A DNA stretch of 64,000 nt from a virus, in the IMG/VR virus record IMGVR_UViG_3300021131_000003, positions 17,659 to 81,658 of that record. The stretch is one strand, 5' to 3'. The notes under the pieces were generated by a model. That model had not been told where the DNA came from, made no database searches, and was given only the letters and a program-made list of their open reading frames with translations. How positions within the stretch are numbered: the stretch's first letter is position 1; each line of letters begins with the position of its first letter. Positions 10,322 to 19,993 of this stretch are shown here, one piece after another. Both the position numbers and the translations under genes were made by a program.

Positions 10322-10954
10322 TTAAGCTAAGCTGCGACCATCTGTTGGGTTGAAGGAGGTGTCAGTGAAGAACACTGATAGACCTTCATGTACCAAGCTC
10401 ATTGACTCAAACAGGATTGCTCCATCGTTAGCGTTTAAGTCGGTATAGCTTAGCTGAGTAATCCAAGCGTTACGGACGTCAAATCCCATGCGAGGCGTAT
10501 TAGCTGCCTGAGAGTTTGGGTGGTCCATAACATAGATTTTCATGTTAACGCGGAAGCCCTGCTTATTGGTAGCTCCAGCTTGGATACCGTCACCAGATAC
10601 GGCAGCAAACATGCCGCGCATCCAAGTAATGCCTTGGTCGTTTCCGTACAAGACACCACGTTGTAGTGAGATAGGTGTGAAGGTTGTCATTCCAGGGACC
10701 TGGTGAACAGTGGTGTTGTAGCCACCCTCACGGTATTGGATTGATTGGGTGGTGATATTCAATCCTGAGATTGAAGTAAAACCACCAAGGAAGCCTGTTG
10801 ACTTTCCAGTCGTAAGGCTTGGTACAGCACCAGACACTGTGGTTAGACGAGTGTCGAAGGTGTTATCTACTGCGGTGAACTCTACGTTAAACCGAAACGA
10901 GCGTAACGGGTCGGTTGCCAAAGTAGAGAACCGATTAAGCGATGTATCTGCCAT
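10322..10954 (-). CDS. Tail tube protein (gp19-like)
   Basis: DPLRSFRF.VEF, GFTSISGL...IQYREGG, PG.T.F.PISLQRG, ESM.LVHEGL. Confidence 0.95.
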   Translation of the reverse strand: MADTSLNRFSTLATDPLRSFRFNVEFTAVDNTFDTRLTTVSGAVPSLTTGKSTGFLGGFTSISGLNITTQSIQYREGGYNTTVHQVPGMTTFTPISLQRGVLYGNDQGITWMRGMFAAVSGDGIQAGATNKQGFRVNMKIYVMDHPNSQAANTPRMGFDVRNAWITQLSYTDLNANDGAILFESMSLVHEGLSVFFTDTSFNPTDGRSLA

Positions 10955-10969
10955 TTTTTATTTTCTCCT

Positions 10970-12544
10970 TTACGCCACGGTAACGGTAATGCCACCGTTA
11001 AATTGACCGATTTTGATGATTACAAATTCAGCAGGGCGCTGTAAAGCTACGCCTACATCAATGTGTAGTTCACCATTATCGATGGATGCCTGTACGTTAT
11101 TTGTAGCATCACACTTAACGAAGTAAGCCTGTGCAGGTGTTGCACCAACAAGACCACCTTGTGACCAGAACTGTGTCAAGAAGGTAGAGAATGTTGCGTT
11201 AATGCGGCGCCACAAAGCTGGGTCATTTGGCTCAAAGATTGCAAACTGGCTGAGGTCCTTGAGAGCCTTCTCAAGATAGATAAGGGTACGACGAACTGGT
11301 ACATACTTATCTACATAACCTTGCTTGAGTGTGCGTGAGCCCATAACTACGATGCCTGTGCCAGGAACATACTTAATAGCGTTAACAGGAACACCTGCTG
11401 AGTTAAGGCTATCCAAGTCTGAGTTAGACAAAGACGGAACAGAGACCACGTTAGCTAAGCGAGCTTGAAGTCCAGCTGGCGCCTTAAATACTCCGCGAGA
11501 AGCATCAGTAGACGCATAGACTCCAATAACAGCTCCACCAGGAGCAACGGTCTTTACCGTATTTGAAGCAGAACCGACTGTTGATGTTGGGTCTGAGATA
11601 GAGATACGAGGGTAGTAGACCGCTCCATATGAACCAGTTGATGAGGTTCCATATGCAGAAGCTGTACTGATTGCTGTAGCTGCAGATGAGCTTGTGTCTC
11701 CGTCAATAACAACAAACACATCTCCTCGGCCTGAGGCGTAGGTAAGAGCGTTATTGATATTTGTAGAGTCTATGATACCAGGTAGGTTCAGAATCAAAGA
11801 CTGTTGGATAGTATCAAAGCTGCTAAGAGCTGTTGAGTACTGAGCAGTAGTCAATGTTAGAAGGCCATTTGCGCCACCAGCCAAAGCTGTTGGAGTTGGT
11901 ACATTGTTAGTAACAGTGCTGAGAGCTGGATTACGTGTTGCTCCAGTAGACGCGGCTCCTGCATCAGCTGCAAAGATGTATGAAGAGCTAGCGTTAATTA
12001 CTGTAGGTGCGTAACGAGCATCAGTAGCTGTCATAGAAATATCTGTGTAGCGCTCAACAATGTATGCTTCATTGTAAGTAGCAGGCATGTTGTAAGCCAC
12101 AAAGAGGTTAAAGTAACCAGTAACAGAAGAATCTGTAACGATTACGCTTGTGCTGTTACCCCATGCTCCAGCGTTAGTAGCGTTAAGGGTAAGTGTGTTT
12201 AGTGCAGTTCCTGAGGTACGGTCCTTCAAAGTAATAGCTGCTGTAGTAGCGTTGTTTGAAGGTGTTACGGTATCGCCAGAGTAAACTACACGACGGATAT
12301 AAGCCTGACGACCACCATTTGCAAAGAATAGATAAACAGCGATAGGCAGGTCATTTGAGTTTGCAGTATTCCATGTGCCATACAAAGTTGTGTATGCGCT
12401 CCATGAAGTTACAAGAGTAGGTACGGTTGGGCCACGGTCTGTAGGGCCTACAAAAGCCGCTACTGAATCCGAGTTAGGACCTACTGTGGGTTGAACGGGG
12501 TTTAGCGTTTCTTGAACGTAAACTCCAGGCCGTAGATATGCCAT
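10970..12544 (-). CDS. Tail sheath protein
   Basis: MAYLRPGVYVQE, RGVFKAPAG, YVPVRR, FEPND, AYFVKCD, RPAEFV. Confidence 0.97.
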   Translation of the reverse strand: MAYLRPGVYVQETLNPVQPTVGPNSDSVAAFVGPTDRGPTVPTLVTSWSAYTTLYGTWNTANSNDLPIAVYLFFANGGRQAYIRRVVYSGDTVTPSNNATTAAITLKDRTSGTALNTLTLNATNAGAWGNSTSVIVTDSSVTGYFNLFVAYNMPATYNEAYIVERYTDISMTATDARYAPTVINASSSYIFAADAGAASTGATRNPALSTVTNNVPTPTALAGGANGLLTLTTAQYSTALSSFDTIQQSLILNLPGIIDSTNINNALTYASGRGDVFVVIDGDTSSSAATAISTASAYGTSSTGSYGAVYYPRISISDPTSTVGSASNTVKTVAPGGAVIGVYASTDASRGVFKAPAGLQARLANVVSVPSLSNSDLDSLNSAGVPVNAIKYVPGTGIVVMGSRTLKQGYVDKYVPVRRTLIYLEKALKDLSQFAIFEPNDPALWRRINATFSTFLTQFWSQGGLVGATPAQAYFVKCDATNNVQASIDNGELHIDVGVALQRPAEFVIIKIGQFNGGITVTVA

Positions 12545-12582
12545 TAGTTAGTCTCCTTTAGGTTTGACGGAATTTCCATGTG

Positions 12583-13209
12583 TTATGCCCAAACGTATCC
12601 AGTAGGTGGGGTCCCAATTTTGTCCAGATACACTGTCTGTACTGCCTTGCCTGCAACAGCGTTTGCCACTGTAGGTGACATCTCGCTTACTACACGCACA
12701 GACAATATGTTTCTAAAGGTACGGCGGTTGCCCGTCTCACCTTCAACAGCGTCTCTTTTCACAAATCCATCTAAGAACATAGAGCGATAACCTGTCTCAG
12801 TACCAAGTTGGTTTGGGACAGCTAGCTTTCCGAACTTAGCTGGAAACTTATTGAAGAGCTGAAACATCAAAGCTCTATCATGGCGCGGGTGTCTCGAGTG
12901 GGTTGTAATCTGATAGACAAGGTCATAGGCCACAGGAGCGTCATAGGCGTAAGTAATTCCTGAGGCTGGTGCGATTGTGCCGTTGTAATCAACATCAGTA
13001 ATAACGCCAGAGGTTTGACGGTCACGAGTAGCAACGATATCGATAAGGTCGATAGTTACATATGGGAAGCTTTGGTCACGAACTTCAATATCTGGATAGC
13101 CAAACCAAACCTGCACTGGGCGGGTTGCGTTCTTATTATCAGATACGGTCATACCCTGACACAAGGACTTAAGCGCTTGGTCCTCAGCAATGATAAATGG
13201 ATTACCCAT
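12583..13209 (-). CDS. Tail terminator / completion protein
   Basis: Directly upstream of sheath; VWFGYPD..FPYVTIDL, YQIT..SRHPRHDR. Confidence 0.65.
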   Translation of the reverse strand: MGNPFIIAEDQALKSLCQGMTVSDNKNATRPVQVWFGYPDIEVRDQSFPYVTIDLIDIVATRDRQTSGVITDVDYNGTIAPASGITYAYDAPVAYDLVYQITTHSRHPRHDRALMFQLFNKFPAKFGKLAVPNQLGTETGYRSMFLDGFVKRDAVEGETGNRRTFRNILSVRVVSEMSPTVANAVAGKAVQTVYLDKIGTPPTGYVWA

Positions 13210-13544
13210 TAGAACACATCCTCATACTGCATCAGTAAGTCAAAGGTCTCATTGGCTAGCATCTCTTTTACATACGCATCCGCGCGGTAGCTAAAGCTTC
13301 TAAGTACAGACTTTGGGGGCTGTCCGATTACCCCATACTCAAGGCCGAAGACCGTATCCTCAAGCTCGTCAGGGTATTGAATTACTAGAGAGCCTTCTAC
13401 ATAGCCAAGTGATAGCTGCGAGGCAATCTCTGTAGGCCAGCCGCTAGCTTCAGCTTCAAACTTAAGCTTATCCTCTAGCTCTGGGATTAAATAATATGCG
13501 GCGTCTGACGCCAAGGTCTCTATCTCTTTATTTGCTTCGTACAT
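13209..13544 (-). CDS. Neck / tail completion protein
   Basis: LEYG...PP.SVLR motif; synteny. Start MYEANK at 13544. Confidence 0.5.
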   Translation of the reverse strand: MYEANKEIETLASDAAYYLIPELEDKLKFEAEASGWPTEIASQLSLGYVEGSLVIQYPDELEDTVFGLEYGVIGQPPKSVLRSFSYRADAYVKEMLANETFDLLMQYEDVF

Positions 13545-13680
13545 TCTTAACCACTTTGCCAAGTACGTACGCTGCGCCCATGCCTACAACCAGTTTGTTC
13601 TTGTCCTCAGACGACGGAAGATGGTTTGCAATCTCTTGCGCAAACGCTACTTCATCTGGTCTGTCTATGTACTTAGACAT
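13528..13680 (-). CDS. Small hypothetical protein (50 aa, not in ORF track)
   Basis: AGGAG SD then MSKYIDRPDEVAFAQEIANHLP...; overlaps the next gene. Confidence 0.7.
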   Translation of the reverse strand: MSKYIDRPDEVAFAQEIANHLPSSEDKNKLVVGMGAAYVLGKVVKNVRSK

Positions 13681-13762
13681 GGCAATCTCCTAAGGAGTTG
13701 GGCAACATACTTAGCATGGGTCAAGCTTTAGTTCCCGCATGGAACTACTTTAAGGATAAAGC

Positions 13763-13785
13763 AAAAGGCCCCCTTTCGGGGGCCT
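13763..13785 (-). terminator. Intrinsic terminator
   Basis: AGGCCCCC-GAAA-GGGGGCCT followed by TTT on the minus strand. Confidence 0.85.
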
Positions 13786-13790
13786 AACGC

Positions 13791-13982
13791 TTACTTCTTT
13801 TTGACCTTCTTGGCCAAAGCTTTATCCATCTTGTCATCTTCTTTACGAGATGGCTTCTTCTTATCCATCTTCTTGTCAGCCTTTTCAAAAGCTGCTTTTT
13901 GCTTTGGGGTCATGCCCTTTTCAAGCTTTGCATCCTGTTTCTTATCAGCCTTCTTCTTGGCTGCTTCGTTGTGATGAGACAT
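13791..13982 (-). CDS. Small Lys-rich protein
   Basis: 63 aa; TAATG-coupled to the upstream gene. Confidence 0.75.
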   Translation of the reverse strand: MSHHNEAAKKKADKKQDAKLEKGMTPKQKAAFEKADKKMDKKKPSRKEDDKMDKALAKKVKKK

Positions 13983-14107
13983 TACTTCTTCTTTCCCATC
14001 TTCTTCATAGCTGCCTTTGGCATTGCAGACTTCTTAGAATCTGCCTTCTTACCTTTGCCATATCCTGGCTCGCCTTTTTTCTTACCGCATCCGCATGCCA
14101 TGCACAT
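13982..14107 (-). CDS. Lys-rich micro-protein with N-terminal MCxxCGC (41 aa, not in ORF track)
   Basis: MCMACGCGKKKGEPGYGKGKK...MGKKK*; fills the gap exactly, TAATG overlap. Confidence 0.75.
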   Translation of the reverse strand: MCMACGCGKKKGEPGYGKGKKADSKKSAMPKAAMKKMGKKK

Positions 14108-14109
14108 AA

Positions 14110-14517
14110 TTATTCGTCTCCGTTTTCGAAGTCTTCTACAAGCTCTTCGATATCTTCGATGAGCTCTTCAATAATATCATCATCAGCATCTGCTGAATCA
14201 TCTGCTGCTGGAGCATCTGCAGCAGGTGCTGCGTCGGCTGCTGGAGCATCAGCTACTGGTGCAGCTGGCTCAGCTGGTGCTTCTGCAGGAGCAGCTGGAG
14301 CTGCATCCGCTACAGGAGCAGTTGCATCAGTTGCAGGGGCTGGTGTTGCATCTGCAACAGGGGCTGCAGGTGCAGCTACTGGTGCGGCATCTGCGGCTGG
14401 AGCGGCAGGTGCGTCGGTTGTTGCAGGCGCTGTTGCGTCTGCTGCTGGTGCGGCTACTGGAGCAGCATCAGCCGCGGGTGCTGTTGCATCCGCTACTGGG
14501 GTTGTCTCATCGGTCAT
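14110..14517 (-). CDS. Ala/Pro/Asp low-complexity protein with acidic C-terminal helix
   Basis: AAAGGA SD; PAADAAP-type repeats then IIEELIEDIEELVEDF. Confidence 0.75.
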   Translation of the reverse strand: MTDETTPVADATAPAADAAPVAAPAADATAPATTDAPAAPAADAAPVAAPAAPVADATPAPATDATAPVADAAPAAPAEAPAEPAAPVADAPAADAAPAADAPAADDSADADDDIIEELIEDIEELVEDFENGDE

Positions 14518-14558
14518 AATGGTTCCTTTGCAAAGAGGGGGTTTAGTAAAAGGGTATC

Positions 14559-14699
14559 TTACTTCTTACCTTTTTGGGCCTTCTTCTTGACTTTCTTTGG
14601 AAGCTTAGCTCCCTTGGGAGTGTGCTCCTCCCATTGGCGGGCCATCTCAGGATGGGTAGCCCACATCCACTTTTCTTGCTGCTTGGACTTAAAAGGCAT
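14559..14699 (-). CDS. Small basic protein (46 aa, not in ORF track)
   Basis: MPFKSKQQEKWMWATHPEMARQWEEHTPKGAKLPKKVKKK... Confidence 0.75.
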   Translation of the reverse strand: MPFKSKQQEKWMWATHPEMARQWEEHTPKGAKLPKKVKKKAQKGKK

Positions 14700-14700
14700 T

Positions 14701-14982
14701 TTAGACCTGTGAGTAGAGAACCGAAACTGCGTTAGCGGCTGTGCCTGCGGCTGAGATAGCGTAGATAGTGTCGTTAGCGCGAAGCCAGATTTGGAAGGTA
14801 GTTCCGTTAGCTACGGTGTGGCCCTTGTTAGCTCCAGAGGTTGAAATAGAAGAGTCGCCTACATAGATGGCGGCTGTGTCATTATTTTGGATAGATACCG
14901 CTGTGTATTCTGTTATTGCGTCTAGAGTAGTTAACGCGGTAGGCGTAGTCGCCACCGTCTTATTAAGATGTACAACTGCCAT
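14701..14982 (-). CDS. Hypothetical beta-rich virion protein
   Basis: GGAG SD; SIQNN....IYVG motif of small phage structural proteins. Confidence 0.7.
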   Translation of the reverse strand: MAVVHLNKTVATTPTALTTLDAITEYTAVSIQNNDTAAIYVGDSSISTSGANKGHTVANGTTFQIWLRANDTIYAISAAGTAANAVSVLYSQV

Positions 14983-14991
14983 GGTATCTCC

Positions 14992-15510
14992 TTAGTTGGC
15001 GTAGCTAGAAAATTGAGGGTCATTGACCATTTCATCAGGCATAACCTGCTGGCAATCAACGCTCAATAATGTGAAGTTCTCTCCAATGATACCAACCTGC
15101 TGGGCATCAAATGGGCGCCAAACCTCACCCTTCCAAACAATACGGCTGCGGTCTTGGTAGTCAGGGTTATCCATAACACCTGGCGCAATCGCGTTAATAT
15201 CATTTGCATTAAGGGTTAGATGTAACTGGTCAGCATTGTAGAAACCAGCTTCAGATACCTTAGATGTACCCTGCTTAATTACTGCTCTTACTACAGCAAT
15301 TTGGAAAGGTCCGCGCCATTCACGACCGCCATGTACTGATGGAACGTAACCCGTATCGTAAATTGGGTCGAGAACAGTATCGGTGGGGTCGTATATATAC
15401 CAGAGGGCGTGGGTGCCTACTGGACTCTTCAAGTCAGAGTCAATACCTACAAAGATATCTTTCTGCTCAAAGTCGGCGTCAAACCTACCGCCAGGGTTAT
15501 AGGCTTTCAT
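14992..15510 (-). CDS. Putative head-closure / neck protein
   Basis: GFYNADQLHLT, RIVWKGEVW, PDEMVNDPQF; position in the morphogenesis module. Confidence 0.55.
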   Translation of the reverse strand: MKAYNPGGRFDADFEQKDIFVGIDSDLKSPVGTHALWYIYDPTDTVLDPIYDTGYVPSVHGGREWRGPFQIAVVRAVIKQGTSKVSEAGFYNADQLHLTLNANDINAIAPGVMDNPDYQDRSRIVWKGEVWRPFDAQQVGIIGENFTLLSVDCQQVMPDEMVNDPQFSSYAN

Positions 15511-15746
15511 TAGCCAAGCATTGCAGCAATCTCATCAGCTGTCAGACCAAGCTTTGCTAGCTTATCTGTAGCTGAAGCTTTTGCAGCAGCTTTGGCTTCA
15601 GCTTCTGCAGCATCTGCTGCTCTTTTAGCTGCAGTATCAGCAGCTTGAGCTTCCATAGCAGCTAGTTCTTCGGCTGTCATATCGCGAGTAACGGCTTCTC
15701 CTGTAGAGCAGTCCACTTCTACGATTTGAGGTACTGTGGTTGTCAT
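15510..15746 (-). CDS. Tail fibre chaperone-like small protein
   Basis: RDMTAEE..., KLAKLGLTADEIAAMLG; follows the fibre-associated genes. Confidence 0.6.
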   Translation of the reverse strand: MTTTVPQIVEVDCSTGEAVTRDMTAEELAAMEAQAADTAAKRAADAAEAEAKAAAKASATDKLAKLGLTADEIAAMLG

Positions 15747-15761
15747 TATGTTTCTCCTTAG

Positions 15762-16283
15762 TTATGAGTTTTTAATTCCGTACACTGTAAAGCTTGAGTA
15801 CTGAGCAAAGTTCTGCCCTTGTGTTGCTGAGTCAAACATGATACTAGTTATGGCTGCTGTATTAGTCCACAACTCTGAAACTAACGAGGTACTTGCGGTA
15901 GTAGTTGCTGCTTCAAGCGCAGAATCAGCAAGAATATGTTTAGACGTAGTTGTGCTTGAATAGTTACTTATATGTATTTTATAAGTAGTAAACGAGTTAG
16001 TTGCGGCAGTAGTTCCCCCAGATGCCATGGAGCCAAAAGCTCTATATGTGCTTGTGCTTTGGTTAATAGCTGTGCCAGTGCTTAAAACCATCAGATTAGA
16101 TATATTAGCCTGACTACCATTAAAGTAAAGACCCAAAGTATCGTACGTGCCTGCGGTACCCCGCACCGAAACAAGAATATATAAGTCTTGATAGGCTTGG
16201 GATAGAGAGCTAAATGTTATATTGTTTGCAGTGCCGCTAGCTGGCACCACATAGCTTCCTAGTTTAGTTATTGTATTTGCCAT
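15762..16283 (-). CDS. Paralogous beta-rich domain protein, copy 1
   Basis: ITFSSL.QAYQDL...W..TAAITSI...FTVYGI family signature. Confidence 0.8.
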   Translation of the reverse strand: MANTITKLGSYVVPASGTANNITFSSLSQAYQDLYILVSVRGTAGTYDTLGLYFNGSQANISNLMVLSTGTAINQSTSTYRAFGSMASGGTTAATNSFTTYKIHISNYSSTTTSKHILADSALEAATTTASTSLVSELWTNTAAITSIMFDSATQGQNFAQYSSFTVYGIKNS

Positions 16284-16284
16284 T

Positions 16285-16800
16285 TTATGCCGCCGCTATT
16301 CCGTATAGAGTGAAAGTAGACCCAGCAGCAAAGTTCTGGGTAATAGCCGTTAAATCAATTCTGTTAATTGCTGCTGTAGAGCGCCACATCTGTACCTCAA
16401 GTTTATTTGAGCTTTGCCCATTAGCTGCTCGCTCTAAATACGTTTTATAAATGTTCTGGTTAGCATAATTTAAAAAGTAAAACTTAAAAGTAGATAGTGT
16501 AGTAGCACCATATATACCAAAGTTATAAGTGGCGTACATAGGACCTGTTTGATTGTAGCTGTGGGCACTTGAAGTAGTAGAGCCGCTTGTTCCTAAGTTT
16601 GTATAAGAGTAGTTAGAGCCAGTATCGGAGTTAATTTGTATTTTCATGTCAGACACAGTTGATACAGTGCTGGCGTTAAAAACTCCTATATTTAATTCTA
16701 AATCTGTGTAGGTAGCAGGTATAGAAGAAAAAGTAACTGTTCCTGTAGAGCTACCTAAAGTGTAAGTAGCTATTGGGGTGTAAGTTGATTGAGCAGCCAT
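16285..16800 (-). CDS. Paralogous beta-rich domain protein, copy 2
   Basis: PIATYTL..VTFSSIPATYTDL...WRSTAAI...TFTLYGI. Confidence 0.8.
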   Translation of the reverse strand: MAAQSTYTPIATYTLGSSTGTVTFSSIPATYTDLELNIGVFNASTVSTVSDMKIQINSDTGSNYSYTNLGTSGSTTSSAHSYNQTGPMYATYNFGIYGATTLSTFKFYFLNYANQNIYKTYLERAANGQSSNKLEVQMWRSTAAINRIDLTAITQNFAAGSTFTLYGIAAA

Positions 16801-16808
16801 AGTATCTC

Positions 16809-18149
16809 CTAAGACAATCCGTATAAAGCAAAGTGAGAATATTGAACAAAGTTACCAGCTGAAGGGTTTAATGTTATAGTTGTTATAGGAGAAAAACTAG
16901 TCCACATAGATGAACTTAAAGCAACTGTTTCATTATTTGTGCTTACTGAAGAGTTGTTTGAATCAAAACCAGATATAGACTCAGCCACTTTCCATTTATA
17001 AGGGCTAGTGTAATCTAAAATATCTGCAATAGTTATTCCAAACATATTAGCGTACGAACCGTTGCCCGCCCCGTTTAGCCCAATGTGGGTGTACGTGGCA
17101 GCATAGTTATTAGTTGCGCTGACAGCAGACCCGTTAGCATACATACCATGCCAGCTATAGTTAGCTGACGCGTCTCCGTTATAATTTAAGTTTACATCTT
17201 GAGAGTTTGTAGAGCTTGTTAAACAAAAAGCTCTAAGTTGTAAATGTGTATAGTTTTGTGGAATGTTATAAAATGTAATGCTAGATACTGGCGTTGATAC
17301 AACAGTAGTCGCTATGCTGGAAAAACTATTAGCTCCAGTTATTGGGTTAGACACAGACGACGTTCCAGTGCCTTGAGAGTTAATTGCTTTAGCTGTAAAG
17401 GTAGTTGCTGACCCTAAAGTTAATGGCGCAACAATAGGACTTGCTGACCCGTATGATGTGTTGTTATTGTTATCAGTAACCGCATAAACAGCAGCTTGGT
17501 CACCTGCTGTAGGTGTAAACGCAATCGAAGCAAAGCCGCCCTGGTCTGTAACAGATGTTAATGTGGGGGCTGCGGGAGGCAACGAAGCGTATTGTTCTGT
17601 AACACCATATAACGTAAACACACTATATTGAACGTATGTAGTAGTTAAGTTAGCTGTATCAGGAGTTAGAGTAATAGAGGTTATAGGCGCAGTGCTTAAA
17701 TAGGAAGACGCAGCTGTCAAGATAATGTTTGCAACAGCATTGTTTTCTGCAGTACCGTCTACAATTAATTGTTTGTAGTTTCCAGACGTGTAATTTGGAA
17801 TATACATTTCAGTATTGCTAAAAATGTTAGCACTACTTCCAGCATTAGGTATATAAACAATTCCGTTATTTCCAGCGTTATACGCATTTGCAACTCCTTG
17901 CGTAATGTTTACCGTTGTAGGGGAGTTTGTAGCTTCCCACATAATAGTTCTTGAAGGAAAAAGCGTAGTGGTATTTCCATTAAAAGTAACTTGAGTATCT
18001 GAGAATGTTCCGCCACCAGTTAAAGAGTCTCTTGCAGATACCTTTAATACTAAGTCAGTGTAGGTCTGAGGTATGTTGCTAAACGTTACGCTAGACACTC
18101 CGCCAGCTCCCACTGTGTAAGTGGCGATTGGCTGCATAAAGATAGTCAT
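16809..18149 (-). CDS. Paralogous domain protein: two copies joined by an Fn3-like domain
   Basis: FSNIPQTYTDL...FTLYG; Fn3-like PPAAPTL...FTAKAIN; FYNIPQNYTHLQ...FALYG. Confidence 0.8.
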   Translation of the reverse strand: MTIFMQPIATYTVGAGGVSSVTFSNIPQTYTDLVLKVSARDSLTGGGTFSDTQVTFNGNTTTLFPSRTIMWEATNSPTTVNITQGVANAYNAGNNGIVYIPNAGSSANIFSNTEMYIPNYTSGNYKQLIVDGTAENNAVANIILTAASSYLSTAPITSITLTPDTANLTTTYVQYSVFTLYGVTEQYASLPPAAPTLTSVTDQGGFASIAFTPTAGDQAAVYAVTDNNNNTSYGSASPIVAPLTLGSATTFTAKAINSQGTGTSSVSNPITGANSFSSIATTVVSTPVSSITFYNIPQNYTHLQLRAFCLTSSTNSQDVNLNYNGDASANYSWHGMYANGSAVSATNNYAATYTHIGLNGAGNGSYANMFGITIADILDYTSPYKWKVAESISGFDSNNSSVSTNNETVALSSSMWTSFSPITTITLNPSAGNFVQYSHFALYGLS

Positions 18150-18680
18150 TTAGGCCGCCTTAATCCCATAAATGTCAACTCTAGTGCCCGCCGCAATTAG
18201 GTTAAACCCAGCTAAAGTTATGTTATTAATTGCGGCAGTGTTCTTCCATACATAAGAGTTCATACAGATGTTCCCATTAGTAGTGCTTACATTGTTATCA
18301 TCCCAGCCTCCAAATACTTTTACAGACTTGTATTTATTAGTATTTGTATAATCTAAGATTTCCACAATATATGTAGCAAACGTGTTAGCTAAAGATGTGG
18401 TTATGGGCATACTTGCAGATACTAAACCAACACTACCTGCAACGCTTTGTCCAGCAGTTGCTACTCCAGCAGTGCCGTTTCCAGACATGTAGTGGTTATA
18501 GTAGTTAGCGTTTGTAACGTCTGCATTAAAGTTACAACGAAAAGAATCATAAGAGCTGGTCGCAGACCTAGCAAATACTCTAACTTGTAGATGAGTATAG
18601 GTTTGAGGAAGGTTAGTAAAATCAAACCCATAACCTAAAGAATCAGCTTTTACCGAAGATGCTATTGGATACATGCTCAT
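18150..18680 (-). CDS. Paralogous beta-rich domain protein, copy 5
   Basis: FTNLPQTYTHLQ...ILDYTNTNKYK...WKNTAAI...IYGI. Confidence 0.8.
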   Translation of the reverse strand: MSMYPIASSVKADSLGYGFDFTNLPQTYTHLQVRVFARSATSSYDSFRCNFNADVTNANYYNHYMSGNGTAGVATAGQSVAGSVGLVSASMPITTSLANTFATYIVEILDYTNTNKYKSVKVFGGWDDNNVSTTNGNICMNSYVWKNTAAINNITLAGFNLIAAGTRVDIYGIKAA

Positions 18681-19249
18681 TGGTTTACGCCCCTGACTCC
18701 ATAAAGGGTTGCTGTAGTTCCTACTCTTAAGTAAAGACCTGGAATATTAAATTGTATAGATGTAACAGGGGACGTGCTTCTATAAAGTCCAACACTCATG
18801 TCATTGTAAGAAGGACCATTGTTGTTATCCGCTGCACATCTAGAAATCATTGTTTTATTAAAAGATGAATTTGTATAGTTTAATACATGAACAATAAGCG
18901 AAGAGAACAAAGCGGCTGGTCCATTAGACACGGTCATACCCATTTGAGAACCACCTTGAGCTAATAAACGGGTACTTGTAGCTGTGGTTAGGTTGGCCCC
19001 ACTTAATCCAGCAGCTGATAGGTTTGTAATAGAATATATGTTTGAACCATCGTTATTTAAGTTTACATATATACCGTAGCCGTTTGTATAAGAGGCGTTA
19101 GCTACAGATGCTACTAACATAAGGTCTTGATATGCTTGCGGCACGTTATTAAATATAACGTTAGCGGTTGTTGTATTAGTTACTGTTGAGTAAGCTATAG
19201 GTACAACAGCGCCTTTTGTTGAACCCGCAGCTGGGGCAAATACTGGCAT
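18677..19249 (-). CDS. Paralogous beta-rich domain protein, copy 6
   Basis: FNNVPQAYQDL...YRSTSPVTSI...TLYGV. Confidence 0.8.
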   Translation of the reverse strand: MPVFAPAAGSTKGAVVPIAYSTVTNTTTANVIFNNVPQAYQDLMLVASVANASYTNGYGIYVNLNNDGSNIYSITNLSAAGLSGANLTTATSTRLLAQGGSQMGMTVSNGPAALFSSLIVHVLNYTNSSFNKTMISRCAADNNNGPSYNDMSVGLYRSTSPVTSIQFNIPGLYLRVGTTATLYGVRGVNQ

Positions 19250-19258
19250 TTAAACCCC

Positions 19259-19846
19259 CTACGCAGTAATGTCGCCGACAAGTACCCAAGTATCTGTGGC
19301 ACGTTTTAACAAAGTTGCAAAAGACCATTGACCACGAGTTTTAAGTCCTGGGTTAGCGTTCACAGTTACGCCTGATGCCCCAGCTACAGTAATCTGTCCA
19401 ACACCAGTTTGAAGCAGTTGAATCTGTGTTCCAATAGCAAAAGGCACTGTTGCGTTAGTAGGTACGGTTACCGTGCTACCACCAGAGTTAGACATTTCAA
19501 TAACAAGACCGTCATCTGACAAAGCCAAAGTATAAGTAGAGCCGCCTTGTGTGTTGGTAGGTATGTGGTAAACCACGTTATTAGTAACCGCAAGAGAGGT
19601 CAGAGTTCCAACAGATGTAAGGGAAGAAGAAACTACGTTAGAGGCAAGGGATGTTCCAGAGAGCTGAGTGGCTGGGAATGAGCCCAGTACATAAGATAAA
19701 GAGTTGTAGGCGGTTGTGCCGTTACCAATCTTGCCCTTGTTAGTATCGGTCTCGTAACCAAACTCACCAGCGGCTAGTACTGGATTCTGGGAAGCCCAAA
19801 GAGCCGCGGTACCACGGCGAAACTGTAGTACTGTCTGTGCTGCCAT
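19259..19846 (-). CDS. Fibre adaptor with Mtd_N-like N-terminus
   Basis: QFRRGTA..W...NPVLAAGEFGYETDT.K.KIGNG; C-terminus WVLVGDITA. Confidence 0.8.
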   Translation of the reverse strand: MAAQTVLQFRRGTAALWASQNPVLAAGEFGYETDTNKGKIGNGTTAYNSLSYVLGSFPATQLSGTSLASNVVSSSLTSVGTLTSLAVTNNVVYHIPTNTQGGSTYTLALSDDGLVIEMSNSGGSTVTVPTNATVPFAIGTQIQLLQTGVGQITVAGASGVTVNANPGLKTRGQWSFATLLKRATDTWVLVGDITA

Positions 19847-19993
19847 TTAGGGTGTTCCTCCATCTAGCGTGTTAATTACATCCGTGCTCTGTCTACTTGC
19901 TAGTCCTGCATCTACTGAGGAAGTAGAATCTGGCTCTCCGCCGTCAAAGCCACCGCTAAGTAGGCGAGCTACTTGATAAGCTCTTGAAGTCAT
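19847..19993 (-). CDS. Small DGG-motif protein (48 aa, not in ORF track)
   Basis: MTSRAYQVARLLSGGFDGG...LDGGTP*; ATGA overlap with the upstream gene. Confidence 0.65.
   Translation of the reverse strand: MTSRAYQVARLLSGGFDGGEPDSTSSVDAGLASRQSTDVINTLDGGTP

Noticed and set aside
1-13209. Extracellular contractile injection system or tailocin
   Set aside because: Terminase, portal, scaffold and capsid genes are present, so this is a complete phage morphogenesis set.
19259-19846. Diversity-generating retroelement suggested by the Mtd_N-like domain
   Set aside because: Only the N-terminal anchor domain is present. I saw no reverse transcriptase or adenine-variant TR/VR pair in the window.
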